A DNA stretch of 64,000 nucleotides, taken from positions 23,435,504-23,499,503 of the forward strand of contig OZ037765.1 in NCBI GenBank assembly GCA_964035545.1. Direction: 5' to 3'. How positions within the stretch are numbered: the stretch's first letter is position 1; every line of letters begins with the position of its first letter. Shown piece after piece: positions 1 through 15,000 of the stretch. A program made the position numbers and the translations under genes. The stretch comes from Bugula neritina (Eukaryota > Animalia > Bryozoa). Below the pieces are notes generated by a model, which was not told the DNA's origin, made no database searches, and was given only the letters and a program-made list of their open reading frames with translations.

Positions 1-27
1 TGGTTGCAGCACCTATCTCAGTAAGCT

Positions 28-3000
28 TTAGATCAGCTCACACCAACCGGAAAGTGAAATCTTAGTTCTGTTATCTACAGAAATGTAAATTTCCAAGTTT
101 GCAGCAAAAATTAGAGCAATAAAAATTCGAATGTTATTAAGTTAATGAGACAAAATAAAACCAGCATAGTTATTGACCATAAAACATCTGGGATGAGATA
201 TTTTCCAGTTCAGTATAGCTAGTAGTGATTTGAGTTACTATACAAAAGCAATGTAGTTTTTGAAAATTATGATGGTCATTATTAATTGCATCACGCTGGT
301 CTTGTACATGACTCATCCTCTTTTAATCTTAAACTTGCAAGCTCTAAAATATAAAAAGCTGGTAGAGTGTAGGAGAATGAAGACGCCATAAAAACCCTCC
401 AACACTTGAAAAGGTTTTTAGAAGTTATTCTGTAAATGAGTGTATAGTTGACATATAAATTCCTGTCTCTAGCATTAAAATTTCACAAAATTTTGTATGT
501 CAACTTTTTAATGAATAAGAAAAACTATCAAGGTGTTTATTTAAATAACAGTTGCACTAGAGTGGAAGTTATCTGGGCTATTCTTAACATTTCTATTCTT
601 CAGATGGTGCTCCATTTAAAACTATTGGCTGTCTTTAGCTGCTAAAACTTCAAACGTTTTTTTAAAATGCTGCAAATGGGAAGTAATATATATGCAGGCA
701 GATGCTTGAAACAATGAGACACTTCAATATAAATGTATTGGTCCTGGCATATTTTTGGCTCCACTCACAGCACTTGAATATTTAGATTAAAATCATGTTC
801 CAACACTTGTAATTATGTCCTGCAGTCACTTTTATTAGAACTGGCTAAATGAACTAAGAACACCTGAAAAATTTGTAATTACTCAAACTAAAAATACACA
901 ATATTGCAATATAGTGTAACAAAAGCTTTGAATATTTAAATACTGAACAAGTCTAAATTTTAAGAATCGTACATGTAGCTTCACCATCCATAGATCCTGA
1001 GGAGCTACGCTGCTGTGAACAGGCCACAGAGACAAACACTCCTCGGTCAGTCTTAATCTTATCCGGGTGGATGAGAGGATGAGCACCAGGAGAGGTGAGT
1101 TGCACCGGGCTATGAACCATGCCTAAAAATTATATTCTTCACTATATTATATGTAAATATTGCTATTTACTATATAGTAGGACAATAACACTATGCACTA
1201 TATTATATGTGAATATTGCTATTTAATACATTATATGACAATAATACTATTTACTATAATATTATATGTGAATATTAATACTCACTACATAATATGTGAA
1301 TAATGTGAATATTACTATTTACTATATACTATGTGAAAATGTGAATAGCACTATGTACTATATTACATTGATACATTATATGCATACTGTATGAAATAAG
1401 CAGCTCAATATATCAACTAGTAAAGCTGGTAATAAGAAATATAAAATTCCAGTAAAAGGGCGTTACAGAAAAATCACAGTCTGGATAAATATTTTATTTT
1501 TATATTTAGTCAAATAATATTTATAACTACCTAGATGCAACCAAAAATAATAAAATATAACACAATATGAAAACTTCAACCAGGAAATATCTCTTTACAT
1601 AATAAGAAGCTACGCCTCAGCAGATTTGTACTAGTCTGGGATTTATGCTTATTTCTTACTCAAACAGATATTTTAAACACATAAAAGCAATGAGGCGGAA
1701 TCAATACTGCACTTTATTTGTACCAAATTTAAATTATCGGGATAAGCAAAACTATTTATTTATCCTAGAGATTATTTTTATAGGCCTACATCCTTTTAAA
1801 ACAATTCCCACATCCTATACCTTGAAGCAAAATGCAATCCTTTGCAAATAAAATTGATAAAGGAGAGAGTTATCCTAAAGTTGACCCTTACCTAAATGAT
1901 ATAAATAACCAAAGTTGAGTGCCAAATGAATTTCAGGATACACGTGCTACCTCACCTCTGCCCAGAAATGACACAGAAAGAGATATAATATGCTAATACT
2001 TCTCCAGGATGACCAGCCTGAGTAGTCAGGATTACGTAAGTCCATCTATGTGGGCAACTAATTAAATTGCTTTTTAAAAATAACTATTGCCAAAAATACA
2101 GGCAAATTTAAAAAACAACTAATTAATGACTAAAGCACAATATCCTCATTCAAATGTAACAAAATAATGCGAAGAGGTTGCTTTTTTAAAAATAAATTGC
2201 AAATGTAAAAAAAACTGAGCTGACTTGTAAAAATTAAAATGAAGAAAAAACAACTACAGGCAAGAAATTGTTTGAAGTTTAGCCATGAAAATAGGTGGGA
2301 AAACCTGTAAAAGCCAAAATATGTTTTAATTCAAAAATAAAACGGAGGTTTCAAAAAAATTGATTTATGTGACGGCAGTTTTAGCGCCCTGACCTGCAGG
2401 AGAATTTGGATAGATACCAGTTTGTCCCCGTACATTATCATTTTCATCATTGTCTTCACTTGACATAGATGTTGTAGTTTTGAATCTTTTGTGCCTACAA
2501 AACACAAAACGTTTGATGCAAGGAGCTTAATGGTGGGCAAAATTTGTTCTAGTAGTAAACTCAAGATGGGTGGTGGTGTTTGTATGTGAAACCAATCTTA
2601 CTTTATTCTCTTCCCACACACTTTGAGCGCCGATATTTTAATTTATGGATGAAGGGGTGATCACAAAGCCAACATTTTCTAATGAAAGATAAAATTTACA
2701 ACGTATACTTCCCAACCTCCAACAAGCATAGAGCTGCACTATTTATGGCAAAACCATTTTATCAAAAATTTACATCTTGAAATTTTAGCTAGTGGCAAAA
2801 AAAAGTGTCTATAAAGACAACTTTATTACTAAGTACCGCAGTAAACTTAACTGAAATGTAGCATATAAATAAAAATAAAGCAAGTATGAGTTGTTTTCAT
2901 CAAAAATTTGCTTATTATTAAAATGTTATAAAAAATAATTACAATGAAATATTAGACTAGTGACAAAAATGCCACGTTTCAAGAGGCAATATGAGCCACT

Positions 3001-6000
3001 AGTAGCAAACATTGCATATTAATATTTTTTAAACAAATAAGTCTTTACAAACTTACAAAAATACAATTTTAAATTTATGTAATTCAAATAAAATTACTAC
3101 TACATCATACTGATGCAGTGTGGGGTTCTTCAGTTCTTTTCTACGAAACATTTTTCCTAGCATTAATATCAATCACATTATTACTTGTAAACACAAAAAG
3201 ATGCAAGGTTACGTATAGAATTGTCATTGCCAGGAGCATCATAGGTGAGAAGCCTAAACCACCAAATACCTTCCAACATCAGTACAGTAAAAAATTATAA
3301 TTATTAGGTATATTTCTGTGACAGCAAATTAACACAGAAGACTATGACATTTTATGGAGTACTTTACAGCCATCATGTTCAACACAGTGAATTATTAGCA
3401 CTTCACAAAACTGATAATAACTCAAATATTCATGACAAAGGATATTTAATATGCAATAATTTTTAATTTATGGGAGACTTGATTTAAAAAACATTTTCAT
3501 GAAGAAATTAATTCAAACAACCCTTGTAAAAATGCCCTTTTGCATTCAAGGCAAAAATGTCTGCAAAGCTGATTTCAACAGACCTATGCCTGTGTGTTAT
3601 ATAAAATTTAAACTCTTGAGCTGTAAAATTAATGGGGTGCTGTCAGAACCGATTAATCTGTCATTGATTTGACAACCTACATCTCAAAACTTGGGTATAT
3701 CAATTGGGAAAAGAGGCTGCAAAGATTGACTATATAATATGCATTAGGGAAAGCATGTTATCCTTGCACATATAAATTAATATTGTATAGGTAGGCATAA
3801 GATTTCAATGCATTTAAATAATTTGCATAAAATATTGTCTATCAGAGTATATTTTTAGACATGTGCAAAATACGAGCAAAGTATTCAATGAGAATCAGGC
3901 CGAGGAAAAATGAACCGGTAAAGTGTACACATTATATATTTTCAAGTCTTGTATTGTCCTAAAATTACAAATGCAATTTAGGAGCAGTAGTGGAGAAATT
4001 GAGATAATCTAGAACGCAGGCTTTTCTCAATTTCTCCATTACTGCGCCCACCTCAAAAATCCCCTATAGTTGAGCATAAGTTTATAGGAAAGCAAAAATT
4101 TGAAAAGCAGAGAGAAGGTGTTACCTGGGGCCGGCCATCAGATCAGCACCATTGTGAGCAGGACCTGGCATGGACATGCTTCTGTAATGAGTCTGTGGCC
4201 TCATTACTGCACTCTCTAAGCCCAGCATAATGGAAGCTGCAGATTCATAAATATATTCTCAATGTTATTATATACAACAAAACAAAAACCATATCAAAAT
4301 ACAACAAATGTACTGTATTTATATGTTTTCTTTCCACATATAAAATCAATATTATTATAGTAAGATATAAAGGTCATATATATATATTATATATTAATGC
4401 TTAGTTACTTGAAGCAGAATCATAGCCAAATTGAAAGTCACTGAATTGATATCCATCTAATTTGCATGCTTGTACTGTTAGCTGATAAGTATTAGCTGAA
4501 ATGGTGGATGCACAAATGAACCGATTGGTGATTTTTACAAAAATTTGGCAAAAATAGTTTGAATAAATTTATATGGTAAACTGGCTGTCAGATTTTTATT
4601 TAAGTCAACCATTTCCGAAAATAAGCAACAAAAATGGTTGCTCAGACAGTAAACCTAAACAGACAATAAACTTCACAATTTTTGTTTAACAGAAACATAC
4701 TTAAACATAGAGATTTTCCAGATAGCAACTGGTGTGCTGAAAAAAGGAGAAATTGGCAAAATGTCTCTGAAATTGAGACTATAAAAACCGTTTGTATATC
4801 AATAGCTGAAAAGGAAGTACACTTGCACCAAGTGCTCCGCATACCAAAGGCCACAGCTGCAGTTGGAAATAATGACAAAATCTAACTGCAAAAAACCTAG
4901 GAAGCTATTCGACTGAATAATATGGTGGCACATTCAGCTGCCACCATATACTAAATATGCACATTGAATAGTAAACTAGTAGCTAGTAAATAGTCCTACT
5001 AGTTCAATCAACTACTAGCAAAATATATTTCGCTGCAGCTGACTACTGGATATTTCATTTCCTGTGCCATAGTTATATCAACAGGTGCTGTCCTTAGCTG
5101 TATAATCACCACAGCTATTATTATACAATTATATGGCAGAGGTTATAACACTATTAATACTCTAAAGATAATTACTTATGCAGCACCACTATTTAAAGTG
5201 TAGTTACTGCAAATACCACTCGCTTGCATGCCTCGGCCAACCAGTATTCACAAAACAGTAATGGATGCTCCAGTGGTACTAAATGGCTACTAATCAATGC
5301 AAGTAAGTTGACCATGGTAGTCTAATGGTAGCATAGTATACCTAACTCAGGTGTAATGATACTGACCAAAGGTTACAACTAGAGCTGTGTGAGGTGCCAC
5401 TTGTATATTCTATATGCAACTAAACAAGTCCTCTTACTGACACCATCACTAGGTGCACTAAGTGCTCAGAAACAGCTCTATATTCTTGTTTCAGAATATA
5501 CAGTATTTAAAATATAATTAAGTTGCAATATTGTCCAGGTGCTGGAGTAATTGCACAACGTACTGAGATTATGACTAAATAAAACCTCAAAAACTTGAAG
5601 AATTACTTTAAACAACAACTACTGAGCTTCATGTGTGAGGATGTGTGGATGGCACAAGCATGCATAAACAAGGAAGAGACTCACGCTGAGTGATGTGCAC
5701 CAACTCCTGTGCTGAGAAGACTCCAGTGGCTCTAATACTCTCATTGCCCTGTACAGCGCCAGCCATGTGGCTACTTGGTACTACAATGTCAAGAGTGTAC
5801 ACAGTGCAACATTCCTTCTGTCCCCTACATAAACGTTTGTTGAGCTAAGCACAGCGTAGCCTGCAGGACAGCGAGCAGCATATTTCACCAACACCAACCA
5901 GCCAGTGCCTATTAGTAAAACCGTGAGCTGCTACTTCCACTCATGCACCAACTATTCACTATTAGTGACAGAAATGTACTGCTGGGTTCGGTGCTAAGAT

Positions 6001-9000
6001 ATTTAGCTGAACTGACAGGAAATAAAATGACAAAGTTACCTTGTTCTGATTCTGTCAAATCTATAGGGTGAATTGAGGTAGCAGCATTAGTATCAGCAAT
6101 GAGTTCTCTAGGTGCTACAATTATTACATGACGTGATGTATTCCCCTAGTGCCACCACTAGAACAACTATTAGTTCATGCTGAGGTGTAGACTATTTGAT
6201 AGAGAGACAAGAGAGAAGGCAAGTCTACACACTGGAAATTATAACTAAAGTGGGTCACACAATAGAAAGAAATTATAGAAACAAAACCAAGCTGAGGTTA
6301 ACAGAGAATACAAGGTTTATCTGAATCCTAGCAACGACACTAGACACATTCCTACCAAGATATAACAAGACTGCAAGAGTTACCAGAACAGGGTTCAGTG
6401 GTACAAAACTGCTTCCTCGTTGTTACTCATCAAGTGGCTGTCTAAATATAGAACATCTCACAAGTCTCTAGGCCTGTACCTGTATTTTCACTCTCACACA
6501 AGCAGATATTGGATACAACCAGGTAACTGGCAGCAATGAGTCATCACAATCCAGGTATAAATCTTGCAGAGAGGATATAAATAACTTCTAGCTTCAAAGC
6601 TCCAAACCCAATACCAACACTTGCCCACACAGCACAAGCAAAGAACCAAGTCATGATTTGCTGTTACACTTTGCATACTACCACCCTACTTCAAGGAAGT
6701 AGTGAGCCAAAGAAAAAAGAACTCAATGATGAATGCAAGTAGATGGCAAGAATAGTCCAATGATGCACATGCCACATAAGCATACATGCCAAGAACAAGT
6801 TGGATTGAGAGAGTATTGAGAAGATATGATGACCATGAGTTGATGATGTGGTATAATTTATGTTGCATATTGTTAATGAGGGAGAATTATGATATACAAT
6901 CCAACTCTCAAAAACACAACCTAACTGTTTTTTTATAACTACTGTCGGGAACTGGTTGCAATAATTGATAGTAGCGTAATAGGTTAGGGTCTTAGATATT
7001 CTAGCGACTAGGTGAAGAAACTTGGCAGAGGAACCATTGAAGTTCACATATTATGAGGAATTTACAGGAGAGCACAATTGGTACACTGAAAGCCGTTTCA
7101 AGAAGCAAAGAACCTGGATATGTTAGTTAGGCGTTAGTTAATTAATAGCAAGCATCAAAAAGCAGTTCTTTTTGTATGCAATTATGCATGGTTTAGCAAC
7201 AATAGCATATCATGACAAAAATCTCCACCTTTTTTCACACTATTAAAGGCTAATGGAAATTAACAAGGTGAGAAATAGTACTATAGGATGTGTTTAATTT
7301 TTCTACATATAACTGCTAGCAAAGCAAATAAAATACAATCACCGACTATAAAAAATTATGAATTACATTATAAACCACAGTTTATAGATTTCCAGAGCTA
7401 CAACCTACACGTCTTATGAAATAACGGCAGATAAACTTAGTAAAGCCATATGCAGAAGAGAAAAAACACGGCAACCCATGCAGCAATGGTAACTGTTTCC
7501 AAGAATTGTGATAATGAATGCTACTTATGACATTACCATGGTGTAAAATAAAAATTCAATTTATTAAGCAATTTTATCATATAAATAATCTACATCTGCA
7601 CTACACCAGCTTTTAAAATCCTAGCAGTTTGCTGCAGATTAGTTCGGCGATGGAATACTTTGGAAAATCCCAATAAAAAAATAAAATAATCCTTAGCTGT
7701 GTGATCTAACTACTCACTGTATGAGAGGATGTAGTTGGAGAGGTAGAGGTCTAGTTCCCGGACAGAAACACTTATATGGTGTGGGTTCACACACAGAGGT
7801 GCGTTCAAACACTCTACAGACTTTTCAAGTCGCTCGCCATCAGTGCTTTCTAAAGGAATAGCCTTAAACAAGATCACCATCACCAGATCCAATCTCCACA
7901 CTTTGTCTGCCTGTCTCAGACAGTCAATCCGCCTCATTTTACCCTTCTGGTCGGGGTTTGAAAGGACACATGTCGGTGCTCGCTTCCCCGTTATACTAAG
8001 AACAAAGTCCTCTCTGTATTCTTGCTTGATGTCTTTTCGTAATTTGGCTAACAATCTGGAAGCCCATTTTGATTTTACTTCCTGTTTTTCATTCTACAAC
8101 AAATACTTTTCCTGCATTCCACGTTCAAACAGTTCTAATTTTAGGAACTTTTAAATATTGTCCAGTTCTCAAGAAATTAGTGATTTATTTTTTCAAGTAA
8201 ATGTATTAGCTTGGTTCTACTAAAAACATCACTGAAGCTGAATATTTAGCCAGGATAAAAGTAGGTTTATAGTTTTCACTGTCAAGATGTAGGGACCGCT
8301 GGACAAGCTCAGAGAAACTGAAGTCACAAAAACACCACAAGAGTACAGAGTTCTCAGCTGTACACTTTACAGTATATGGCATGAGGAGAGGAGACTTATG
8401 AGGAAGCATCTGATGCTATCAGCTTACACACAGTAATGCAGATATAAGTATACCACACATCCCAAGCATACTACTATCCTACTAGTTGACTGGGTGTTGG
8501 ACATATTTTCCATATCTTTAGTAAGAAGCAGCAATCTCTGAGTCATAGTAGTTGAAATGTTGGCCGAAACCAATGGTAACACAAGCACTAGCTCTGTGTT
8601 ATGATTAGTTGCTTGTTTTTGACCAGGTGATTTGTTGGCAGCACAAGTAAGAGAAATAGCAAAGCAAATCAAGAACCAACATTTGGCTACATTGGTAGAA
8701 TAGAAGACTTAGTTAATTAGACCATTAGAGCATAAAGTGCTTTAAAAGGTTTACTTAGTCCAACAACAAAAAACATAAGCAAGTATGTGCCAAAACTAAT
8801 AGCAATAAATTGAAAAAAATTAAATACAATATTTATTTAGAGTGGATATAATATTGGAAAAAGTTATAAGAAATAAATTTAATTATGGTCCAACAACTTA
8901 CTGTCAATTCTTCTTTCACCTTTCTCTCCTCTTCCATTGGCATTCGCTTCTCATGTTTTTTATAATATTTTCTTTTGGCAGCTTGTAAATTGAACCATAC

Positions 9001-12000
9001 AAAGCTGAATGATTTAACATACGGCAGTAAAGCTTCAATGAAAGGGTGAAACTCATCCTACAACAAGATTTCGCATTAGCTAATACAATTACGTAACTGT
9101 AGGTACTTGCAACAAAATATAATTAAAAAATTCCAATGTCATTATATTATATAATTGTAGATTATGTAGCAAATATATTCAAATTAGGTGCACACTGAAA
9201 GGAATATGTTTAAATTTCCATGCAAAGTTTCAATATTAACTACTTTTTAATTTTTTCAATTTGAAAAAGTATTCAAAAAGAATTGATATTCAAACACCAT
9301 TATTGCAATAGTCAATATTTAATAGAAATTGTTATCAATAACAATAATTTACAGTTATTCAAACCAGAAATATAAAATCATTGAGTAAAATCAGTACACT
9401 CATTTTACAGAGGATAACAAATAATGTACAACTTTATTAACTTATAAAATAAATATATAAACAGACGCTGTGTTACAGTTTTTTTCCTATAAAAGTTAGA
9501 TGAAAAGTCACGTTACTCCTTTAAAAATAATTGGCAAGGAGGAGAAATAGCACCAATATGACACTCGTTTCAGTGCATGAGGACAATCCATGCCACAAAA
9601 GGCATTTGAATAAGTGAATAAAAACTGCTGGAAAATGAGAGTGGGTGACCAGAATTAAAAGGCCTCTTAGAAATTTTGGGGAGAGTGCCCAGTCTGCTTC
9701 AAAACATTGCCGCTATTCCTGTGACAGATGACACTCAGCAGAGGAAACTTGAAAAATATTTTCTAAATGATTAGCTACAGCTCTATGCAGATGATAAATG
9801 TGACGCACATAACAGTGAAAATGTGCGCGAATTAGTTTGTGTCCATATCAAGTTAGAAAAGTTTATACGGCTTATTAAAATGCATGCTCGTTATAAAAAA
9901 TAAATAAAATAACAATTGCTCTTAACATTAGATCTTATATTTTTTATTCCACATGTATATTAATACAAATGCTTTGAAACTGTGAAAAAATCTAATTACC
10001 TCAATAAAATTTTCAAGTTCATAAAAATATTAATTATAATTGGCTTTGGTCAAAATTATAAAATTGTATCGAATATGAAAGAACAAAGCAATCTGGATCA
10101 ATTGATTTGACAGTTCAAAATAAAAAAATTAAACCCTGAAGACTGTCTATGTCTGTCGAACCATTATTTCTCTTATTTTTCGTAATAAGTCATTTAAGGA
10201 TAGAATAGAACCAAATAGACAATAAATAGAATTAAAATATAAGTCCTTTGCTAAAAATAAAGCCCTAAAACCAGGTGAATTTAATAAGCAGATAAAAAAT
10301 CAAATTTCACAAAGCAATAAAGAGCCTAAATACAGTAAGCTCTGTTCAATAAAGTTTTCCTATTTTATATTTGTCTGTATTTGCAATAATTTTTGTTTTG
10401 CTACTGCAGGAAACATGCCCTCAACTTGCTATGGGCAGGGATATCACTTGAAGCACTTCTTTTGTTCCAAAAATTGTATTTTCAACAGCTGTCTGTTCTA
10501 CACGACATCAAAACCTGATCAAACTTAATCAAACTCTACACAATGAGGGTTGATTTATTTCATGTTTTTAAGCACGTTTATTAAAATTTAAAACTGGTGC
10601 CACCACTTGAAATCAAAGCATTAATCAATATTAAGGCCAATTGTATAGAGATTAAAGAGACTGCAATATTAGCAAACTAAAAAATGTGTTGCTTCATAAT
10701 ATAAATAATTAAAACATTAATATAATTATGCAGGCTACTTCTCACAAACAAATAGTTTAATTAATTAGAAAAGGGAGTTTAAAATTTGGAAATAATTCAA
10801 CAACTGAAAGACAGCCAGCAGTAAACTTCAATATTGAGGCGAAGTTGCCATGAACTACATTAGCATGGATATGAAAAAAGTAGGTGAAAATCCTTTACGT
10901 GTGGAAATAATCCTAACAGAAAAATATATTTAGCAACTGAGGAATTATATTTTAAAAAGTATATTTGCAAATAAATGTATTCAAGCCTTTATTTCACAAT
11001 TACGTAAGTAAATAGCTCTGAAGTTAATCAGGTGCTATTAGTATTACAATAGGCCCGCAACGAACCATTTATGAACTAACAGACCAAAAAATATAGCCAG
11101 TTATTTGCATTAGGAAACTTTTATTCTAAAAACACTATAACTTACTACATTATACCACAAAATATAATATGCATCCTCGCAATCACTAGCTAAATTTATA
11201 ACTCTTGCAATATTATATTATATACTTAAATCATTTTACTTCTCGCAAGCAAAACTTTTTAATCTAGTTCGTAACTCAACACGGGTCATTTTAATCAAAA
11301 TTTATTTGATGACCTTAGCTATATACATGTATATAACAAAATGTAAGAAATATGATGAACTATAAACTTCATAAAGCTCCATAAAATACATTGTATTTAT
11401 TTTACTGAGCTTTATGGAAGATGATAGGCATTCAAATGTGCATAGTAATGACAGATGAACAGCGATAAATCACACCTACTAGAGCACAAGTTTTAAATTA
11501 TGTCATGGTGTCACGTTGGTTAACGTTATAGGGTTGGTATCGAGTTGATACGAGCATCCGCCATCAACATGGCATTATAATAGTCAAGTCCTAAATCATC
11601 AAAATGCCAGTTTGTAGAAGAAGCGAAGGCTGTGAAGCTAACGAGGACAACCGTGAAAACCATGGAAATGATGCACTTTGCCTGTGCGAGTGAACAATTA
11701 CGAGCCTATTTTAAAGCAAATAGACTGACATGCTAAAACAGAGCACTACATGCTTCAAACTAGTGCAGTTAGAGAGCACTAAAATATAATCTACAAAGAT
11801 TGTCATCACAAAAAGCAAAAATATTTACTATAAACATCACCAATAGAGGGAAAAGGTTATCAATGTTCACTGACTAATGATTTGAATGATATTAAAATAG
11901 TAACAATGGAAGGCAGTGACAACTAGCATGTTATCTAAGACCTACCAGTAGCTAGAGGCTGAGCAGAGTATCAAAGCTCACAAGTCAAAGTATCTAAAAT

Positions 12001-15000
12001 CAGGTCTACCAAATAAAACTGAAACTCTTATGCCAAGTTTGGCAATGGATTAGAATTGCACTGAACATCCTTGGCTGCATATAACCTAGTGGCCAACCTA
12101 CATGAGCACATGCCAATGTTCTGCAGGCATATGTGCCAAATTATCCCTTAAACTACACAATAAAAAGAAAAATGGATTTATTAATAAACAATATCTACAG
12201 ATCAACTGCAGTGAACAGAGAAAAATCTTACCATTCCAGTTGGAGGATAGGAGGCCCACCTCTGGTCCTCCATATGCATCTCTGCTGGCATGCAAGGCAT
12301 GGTCATCGAATACATAACCATTTATGGTGTTAGTATCACAGGTTTAGAGAAAATATTTCTTAGCAGATAAATATATATTGTAAACAGTTGGTAAATCCAC
12401 CTGAGTAAGGTGTCCCCTGCTCAGCTATAATCCAATAGAGATTATCAACAAGTAAATAGAGAATAAAGAGCTCCACTATGGCTATAATGTGTTAGCAAAT
12501 GTACACCAATAAATCTTCCAGCTAGGAAAACAGATTTCTCTTTCACAAAAAATACCCAACAGGAATGTTGAGATCTAGTCGTTTATTCATTGAAACTTCA
12601 CCGGTAAGTAGAGGTATTTGAGAGGCACAGATGATAGCGCTGCATACCACCAATACAGCCAATTCTACACTATAAAAGGACACTCTCCAAATCGCAATTC
12701 TTATGCAGAGCACCAAATAGCTCTCATTTGACTATTACTTCACACGCAATGATTGGTTCAACAGCCAACCCTCAGCTCATAAGTCACAGGCGCACAGCCA
12801 TCTATCACATGTGAAGTGAAACTTCCTTTTGTGCAGTCTTGTATAAAACGAAACTACGCACAACTAACATTACCATTAGTTATGAACAGGGTTATCTGTA
12901 TAGTTGTACGAAATACATGAGTCAATGATATTATTTCAAGCTACAGTGAGCATGGCTAGAATGCATGCCACATATATTTTCCTTGATAGTGCCACCCTGC
13001 CAAAATCACTGTGTATGCATATGTGAAGTTAGTGTGCAGTGAGGTGCCCCACAGGCACCAGTCAACACAGAAAATACAAACAATTTCATTTCTTAGGCTC
13101 CTATAAAAAAAACCGATGTCAAAAATGAGAGGCTGCAAGAGTTGCTACAGCTGACCATGTGTGTACCATAACGTCATAATGATATGTGCCAGTCTCCCAA
13201 TGAGCTCACCACTGTGCCAAACCAAACTTTTGGCAATGTTATATACCATGGCAAAATTATTGAATCAAGATCAAATTGAGCAGGTCACAGTTACATTAGC
13301 CAGCATAAGGTGGCATAACTGTGCATATTTCATTCATTGCTGTAAATTAGTGTAAAATTTGGAGCTAAATTTCAAGTTGTGGTTAGTTGTGAAGAGAGAA
13401 CTTTACAAAGTGTCAGCTAATACAAGAAGTGCTGAAGCTATAGCTTAATGTATACAAACGTGATGAAGTTGAACCATTTAGGTCATGTATAAAGGCAAAT
13501 CTTGTATATTCTCACATTAAAATATTTGGGAATTCAGTATTTCACATTGCTACATTATAGTGGTCATGCAAGTAAATTATGCAGAAGGTAATAATATTTT
13601 GCAGGGCAGCAGCCACCAATATCTTACCTACCAATACATTTTATCTTTTTCAGACATAAAAAGTATACTGCCTAATTGCTGCCAGTGGAAGGTTGACTGC
13701 ATACAGTTGACCTAGCTTAGTAATCTACTGTCAATACAAGCAATTTTTGTTTTTATACAAATCACAGAGTATTTGATGAGCTAACATTATCTGGCCATAC
13801 CCTGACCTGCTTACAATACATTACTAGATAAAACATACACGAACTAGTTAGCAGTGAGGCTCATATTCAAACCTACATACATTTCTAACAGTGAACCCAG
13901 ACAAGATCTCACAGATAAATGTGGTACTATTTCCATAAGCCTCCTCTATAAACAAATTTAGATAATATTGTTTGCTGTAAAATACGCCAATAGTGAATTT
14001 TTTTCCTTTATGCAATAACTAAGTTACTAGTACAAAAGAGTACAACTGTTGAATTACTTGGCTAACTAATTTCTGACATGCAATATATAAAACTTGAAAA
14101 ACTTTTTTTTCCAAACTGCAGATTTTCAAATATAAAAGAAAAGTGAAAACACGCTCAACTTTGTTTATCACCGGTTTTTGGAAACGTTTGGGTGACCAAC
14201 ATTTTGTAGTTGATCGGCAGCCCAGCTTAGAAATTACGTATTTACCTAGCCTCTAAAAACTCTCTTTATTCTCACAGAAAACAGAAGAACAGCCCTGCCA
14301 ATTTTTACACGGCTGCGTTGTCACTGAAACTTATAATGTGGTCAGACTTCAACTTCTTTTTGAGGTTACAAACAGTAAATAATACCAGCATTGAAAATTG
14401 TCCACTATAATGCATGGTTAGTAGCCATGACTGTTACAAAATATGATTTTAACCAACTTGTTAATTTTCCTTTATTGCTCAAGAATATTATTTAGCTCAA
14501 GAAACATTGAAGTATTTGAGATTTGATCTACTCTAACAAATGTCAATAGTTATAAGTATCTATTCTAACCATGAATATTTTTGAAAATCTGAATATTGAT
14601 GCCTATTAAGTTTTATAGCTTCATCAGTCAGCTTCTACATATAAACTTAAACCATATTTAATGCTAAGTACCAAAATCATACAGTTTCATCATTTGCTTT
14701 ATTTATACTCTACACTCTACAACATAAATTTTAGCCATCCAGCACTTGGCCAACACTATTACAATCTTCAACAAAGCAACTAGCTGGTTCTGTAGTTTCT
14801 ATACCTAAGAGCACATGAATATTGAATATAATTGGAATCTTATTATAATAAATTTAGTATATTATGTTGTGAAATCAATGTAATGAGCTACAACCAATGA
14901 TAGCCGAGTAGTTATGCATAACCATTAGTAGTGATGACAGTTAATATCATACATCAATCATGTTTCAATCTATTGAAGCTTTATTGTAAAAGCTTTGATC

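Noticed and set aside
1128-1390. CRISPR-like repeat array
   Set aside because: Degenerate tandem units without unique spacers, in a eukaryotic intron.
7843-8154. 103-aa plus-strand ORF and similar antisense ORFs over real exons (e.g. 25169-25372, 58990-59247, 60385-60600)
   Set aside because: Antisense shadows of NFI, melanotransferrin and PRIM2 exons, with no independent coding signal.
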